60,904 nt of DNA, from positions 1 through 60,904 of the forward strand of contig CAZMSC010000008.1 in NCBI GenBank assembly GCA_964568845.1, in the 5' to 3' direction. This DNA is from an uncultured Candidatus Bathyarchaeia archaeon. GTDB taxonomy: Archaea > Thermoproteota > CALKCG01 > B24. Each line of letters starts with the position of its first letter. Within the stretch, counting starts at the first letter, position 1. The notes under the pieces were generated by a model, which did no database searches, was not told the origin of the DNA, and saw only the letters and a list, made by a program, of their open reading frames with translations. The position numbers and the translations under genes were made by a program. Below are positions 56,930-60,904 of this stretch, piece by piece.

Positions 56930-58288
56930 CTACTTGTCCAATAGCGGTCTTATATCCAGTATGTAGCATAGATCTATCAGTTCTCTCTCGTAGTCGCCAT
57001 AACACATAGATATGTATTCGCTTCTCTGGTTTTGAATAAATTTCTCTAAATCTCCGCTCAGTTTTATGAATGCATGTGGCCAGTGTGGGAAGCCGCACTC
57101 GGCGAGAGCTACATCTACGTCCTTCGGAATAAAGGCTTCTCCCGTAGCTATGTGCATATGGTATTCTCCCTTAATTCTACATAGCCGGAGCATAGTAACA
57201 GACCCGGGTTTACATACGAATCCAACGCAAATGCCGTCAGCAACCCCTTCAGTTGGCAACCCCCTGCGTTTTAAAGTCACTCTTCCTATATCTTCAGCTA
57301 GAGATATTGGTGCCGCCCCATCAGATGCGAGTTTAACAACATTCTCCCACCTTCTAATCTGCTGTACGTCTGGGTTAAACGTGGGCTTTCCACTTAATAG
57401 ATACAGTATGTATGCGGATAACGCTGTGTTAACGTCACCTATACATGAAGTAACGACGCCTTCATCCGGTAGGAGGCTCTGCGCTAAGCAGGCTGTTGCA
57501 TAGTGGTCTCCAAGCTCTGGAAAACATTTAACCGCTACAATGTCGTATTTCCTATCCGAGATGAGGTTCTTCAACGCGATGTATAGTCTTATGGACCTCT
57601 CCATGACCTCGTCAAGTTCAGGTAATCTTCCATACTTTTCCCTCAATTCGCCATAGGTTTTCTTCACATCTCCCTCTGGAATAGCCCTAGCCAGGTTAAT
57701 AAGCTCGTACTGGTCTACATGTTCAATTTTAACGCCGAATTTTGACAGTACCTGTGCCATATCTACTGATCCTGTGACGGCGCCCATACTGTAGCCTCCT
57801 ATGAGCCCTAGCGTTGTCTTCTTAAGCCTATTAGCAGCTGCTGCCGCTCTAGTGAAAGCCACTATACTTTTCACGGTTTCCTCTTCATCTGGATAGCCGT
57901 AAACGATCTTATGCTTAACTCCAACTTCGTCTAAAGCACCGTGTAAAACCAATGCGCCACCAGTTGCCCATCCGATGGGGGTTGGCGTGCACCATATCAG
58001 CACGGGTATTGAAAGGTGGTGGACGGCTCTCCAAACTTCTGAAGCCCAAAGCCATGTAGCGACGTAGAAGATAACGCAGTCAACATTCTGCTTCTCACAC
58101 TCTTCTACGGCCTTCTCGACCTCCCAGCTTTTTGAGAGTACTCCACCAACCCTATAGACGTCTAACCCGGCTTTTCTAAGAGAGTTTAAAGAATCTTCAA
58201 TAAGTTTAACGTCGATCATAGGTCTACCTAAGACATCTTTCACTTCAGAGTGTACACCGCAAACTATAAACCCGACTTTAACGTTCAA
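56930..58288 (-). CDS. L-fucose/L-arabinose isomerase family protein
   Basis: LGLIGG.SMG, AVKCFPEL, C..DV..AL, KPG.VT.LRL, WPHAF. Confidence 0.75.
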   Translation of the reverse strand: MNVKVGFIVCGVHSEVKDVLGRPMIDVKLIEDSLNSLRKAGLDVYRVGGVLSKSWEVEKAVEECEKQNVDCVIFYVATWLWASEVWRAVHHLSIPVLIWCTPTPIGWATGGALVLHGALDEVGVKHKIVYGYPDEEETVKSIVAFTRAAAAANRLKKTTLGLIGGYSMGAVTGSVDMAQVLSKFGVKIEHVDQYELINLARAIPEGDVKKTYGELREKYGRLPELDEVMERSIRLYIALKNLISDRKYDIVAVKCFPELGDHYATACLAQSLLPDEGVVTSCIGDVNTALSAYILYLLSGKPTFNPDVQQIRRWENVVKLASDGAAPISLAEDIGRVTLKRRGLPTEGVADGICVGFVCKPGSVTMLRLCRIKGEYHMHIATGEAFIPKDVDVALAECGFPHWPHAFIKLSGDLEKFIQNQRSEYISMCYGDYERELIDLCYILDIRPLLDK

Positions 58289-58407
58289 TTTAACACCCTT
58301 CTAAAATCGATATTAAACTCTAATCTTCACATAAAACTTTCTATGCTCAGACAGCTGGAAAGTTTTTAGACTTTAGGAAATAAGCATACTTTAAACGTAT
58401 AGAATCT

Positions 58408-59166
58408 TCATGAAGATTCAAGAAATGTCTCTAGGCTTGGTAAAGTAGATGTTAGGCGAGAGCCTTTCCCACCAGTTTTAACAGTTTTAGCAGTAGGTGC
58501 TCCGACGCGTACTCCACTAGGTGAGAAAAACAGTCTATGCCAATCCAAACGGTGAGGTATCGGCGCCTTAGACACCCTCATTTCTACGACACCTTCATCG
58601 TCTCTTATCTCCAATACATAGTCGCAAATTGACTTCAAGTTTTCTTCAACCTGACGGCTTTGAACACCGCTGTCTAGAACGTATAGAACCACGCCTCGAT
58701 TTTTCTCGATCTTCTCCTTCAGCCTGTAGATTAGGTTCATAACTAAGCTCTCATCACCTACAGTCGAATAGAGCTGGGAGAAAGTATATATGACAACCCT
58801 TGTAACGCCTTCTCCAGTTTTAAAGGATATTTCCCTAAGTCCTTCAAGACCACCAGACCTACCTCTGCTCTCCGTGAGAAGGGAAGGGTAGTAGATGAAA
58901 TCCAGCTTTCCAGCGTCTAAGTAGGGCTTTAAATCCCAGTTATAGCTAATTTTTAAATGAGCCATTAGAGTATTAAAACTCAAATTGGTACTTACAAGAA
59001 GGCACTTTTCACCATTCTTTAATCCTTCATACACTATTTGGAAGGCTAAGTGGGACTTAGGAGTTATAACGGGTCCAAGGAGGATGACGCTTGACCCCTC
59101 CAAGAAACCCCCTCGGAGAACCTCATCTAAACCCCCAACCCAAGTCTTTATTTGTGAAAATGTCAT
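58408..59166 (-). CDS. KaiC/RAD55-like RecA-fold protein with degenerate P-loop
   Basis: GLDEVL.GG...GS.V.L.G start; Walker A reads GPVITPKS and Walker B reads VVIYT. Confidence 0.75.
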   Translation of the reverse strand: MTFSQIKTWVGGLDEVLRGGFLEGSSVILLGPVITPKSHLAFQIVYEGLKNGEKCLLVSTNLSFNTLMAHLKISYNWDLKPYLDAGKLDFIYYPSLLTESRGRSGGLEGLREISFKTGEGVTRVVIYTFSQLYSTVGDESLVMNLIYRLKEKIEKNRGVVLYVLDSGVQSRQVEENLKSICDYVLEIRDDEGVVEMRVSKAPIPHRLDWHRLFFSPSGVRVGAPTAKTVKTGGKGSRLTSTLPSLETFLESS

Positions 59167-59665
59167 AGTCTAACTACTATTAAAGGCAAAGTTTACATAA
59201 AAACATTATCAACAACAATTATATCAAAATACGAACGATTTCTCAAAATGTTTAACAGTATAAAATAGTACATTGTTGGGTTGCATTAGGGGTGTTTAAA
59301 ATCTATGGCAACTCTGACAGATTCGGAAACTCAGACTATTGTACTACTTCATTCAGTATTAAACGTCATGAAACCACTATAATAATCTCTTTAAGGAACC
59401 TCCTAAAGTTAAAGAACCCACATATGAAGAATTTTCCCATAAACTATCTTTGAACGATTCAAGTCTAAAATCCTTAAATGACTTTCATCGAATTTCTACT
59501 CAAGAACGATCTAGTGCTCCGAATATTGAACCATTAGACGACTCCCAAACTCCTAAAAAAGCCGAGTTTTCACAGCCTAAAACCTCGACCTTCCTCATCC
59601 TCGCTCCTACGCCTTTGTCAGCAGTTTCAGTAAGGTTTAAATAGTGTTTGCTTACTTAGGTTCTA

Positions 59666-59863
59666 TTGATGAAGGAAGATTACGAAGAGCTGTTGAAGCC
59701 GAGGGATGTGGCTAAAATCTTCAATATTACGACGAAAACGCTCTGGGAGTGGCAGAGGAAGGGGATTATCAAAGCAGTCAGGCTCCCTACTGGAAAGCTC
59801 CGCTATCCTAGAAGCGAGGTAGATAGGCTGTGGAAGCAGTTAAGAGCTACAAAATCCCAGTAG
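59666..59863 (+). CDS. MerR-like/IS607-type HTH protein without a recombinase domain
   Basis: LLKPRDVAKIFNITTKTLWEW...GIIKAVRLPTGKLRY; overlaps the tnpB start. Confidence 0.82.
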   Translation: MMKEDYEELLKPRDVAKIFNITTKTLWEWQRKGIIKAVRLPTGKLRYPRSEVDRLWKQLRATKSQ

Positions 59864-60904
59864 ATGCTCCTAAAGACCTAATAGGCTCGCATTTCAAGGC
59901 TAAGAGAAGGGCTTTAGAAGCTGTTCTTAACCACGTCAAATTTAATGGGAAAGCTCATTTAGACTTCAAAAACGATGATAGGAGGAGGCTTAGGGACGAG
60001 TTGCTGAAAAACTGGAGGTATTCGAAGCACTACGTCGATTCGGCCGTCAACTCAGTCATCGGGTTGGTTAGGGGATGGGTAACGCTCTACAATAGGGGGA
60101 GGGCTGAGAATCTTCCTGAGATGACTAAGCAGACGGTTTACGTCAAGAATACGCTCTTCAGCTTCAAGAGTGGGGTTTCTGAGGATAAGCATCGAGCCGA
60201 ACAAGAGGCATCTTGAAGTTGATTTAAGCGAGCATCCGTGGATCCCTAAAGACTTCGACGGACTTGGAGGGTTGATTTTAAAAGAGAAAGAGCTCATAAT
60301 CACGGTTAAGAAAAAAGTTGAGCCTAAAGCTGATGAATGGTCTTCATTCGACGTGAACCTGACGAACGTAACGGCGTTAATTAACGGAAGAGTAGAGAGG
60401 TATAGCTTTAAGGAGCTTTACCACATCAACAGGGTTTACGAGGTTAAGCGTCAGAGAATGCAGAAACTGTCTAAGCTTAAGCCTAAAACCTCTAAGAGAC
60501 TGATACGTAAGTATTCTAGCCGTGAGAGGAATAGGGCTGGAGACTTCATGCATAAACTGACCACTAGGATAGCTGGAAGATTTAAAGAATCTAACTCTGG
60601 AGCGATAATGGAAGGGCTCAAAGGGATAAAGCACAATGTTCTAAACCGCTCTAAGAAGCAGAACAGGAAGCTCTCGAAGTGGAGTGCTAGGACGTTCCAG
60701 TTCATGCTGGAATACAAGCTGAAGTGGCTTGAACTACCGGTTAAGTACGTTAATGCTGAGGACACTTCTAAAACCTGCCCACTCTGTTCAGGAAGCATGG
60801 CTTCCTATGAGGGCAGGCTTATGAAGTGCGGAAAATGCAGTACAGTAACGGATAGAGACGTAGTAGCAGTTTTAAACCTTCAGATGCGGGGAGCAGGGTT
60901 CCCC
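59830..60904 (+). pseudogene. tnpB: TnpB with a single extra-base frameshift near 60176-60178; runs off the window end
   Basis: After removing one base the frame continues SGVLRISIEP...SFDVNL...AIMEGLKGI...TSKTCPLC...CGKC...DRDVVAVLNLQMRGAGFP. Confidence 0.85.

Larger units (their letters stand above)
59620..60904 (+). mobile_element. Non-autonomous HTH+TnpB (IS607/IS1341-like) element, boundaries approximate
   Basis: TATA-like AAGGTTTAAATAG at 59632-59644, then HTH and tnpB; no transposase. Confidence 0.6.

Noticed and set aside
59290-59644. Possible gene upstream of the HTH+TnpB element
   Set aside because: Only short broken frames with no recognisable motif.
1-60904. CRISPR array, tRNA or rRNA genes
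   Set aside because: No regularly spaced repeats or cloverleaf/rRNA signatures were found by eye; tRNAscan-SE or Infernal would be needed to exclude them fully.

Overview
Archaeal chromosomal segment. Gene content, TTG/GTG starts, GGAGGT/GGGGTG Shine-Dalgarno sites and TTTAAA-type TATA boxes suggest a heterotrophic Thermoproteota lineage such as Bathyarchaeia (inference). About 50 genes. Carbohydrate catabolism: GH4, GH2 beta-glucuronidase, GH78 rhamnosidase, a sulfatase-like enzyme with Thr at the nucleophile position, NagA, a fucose/arabinose-type isomerase, Gfo/Idh/MocA oxidoreductases, two URO-D-family proteins and an ADP-ribosylglycohydrolase-family protein. Housekeeping and transport: CcdA/TlpA, CDF, MgtA, M42 peptidase, dCMP deaminase, TrxB, and type II pantothenate kinase with an ECF S-component. 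Mobile or decayed DNA: an IS200/IS605 element, an HTH+TnpB element, a serine resolvase, two VapBC loci and several deletion chimeras and pseudogenes. Most notable: (1) a three-gene membrane system at 16956-25050, made of a 1421-aa degenerate M28/PA + Ig-like + MacB/FtsX-like protein and two OPT-like paralogs, with two more decayed paralogs in the window; (2) an orphan TnpB omegaRNA/right-end module at about 15955-16113, homologous to the 3' end of the tnpB at 25074-25230 and preceded by a TATA-like box; (3) a LysW-like gene followed by a 16-aa Lys/Glu micro-ORF whose stop codon lies in a 15-bp hairpin; (4) candidate recombination sites bracketing a resolvase plus two DUF362 genes. No rRNA, tRNA or CRISPR array was seen. 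All family calls come from motif recognition by eye, not from database searches.
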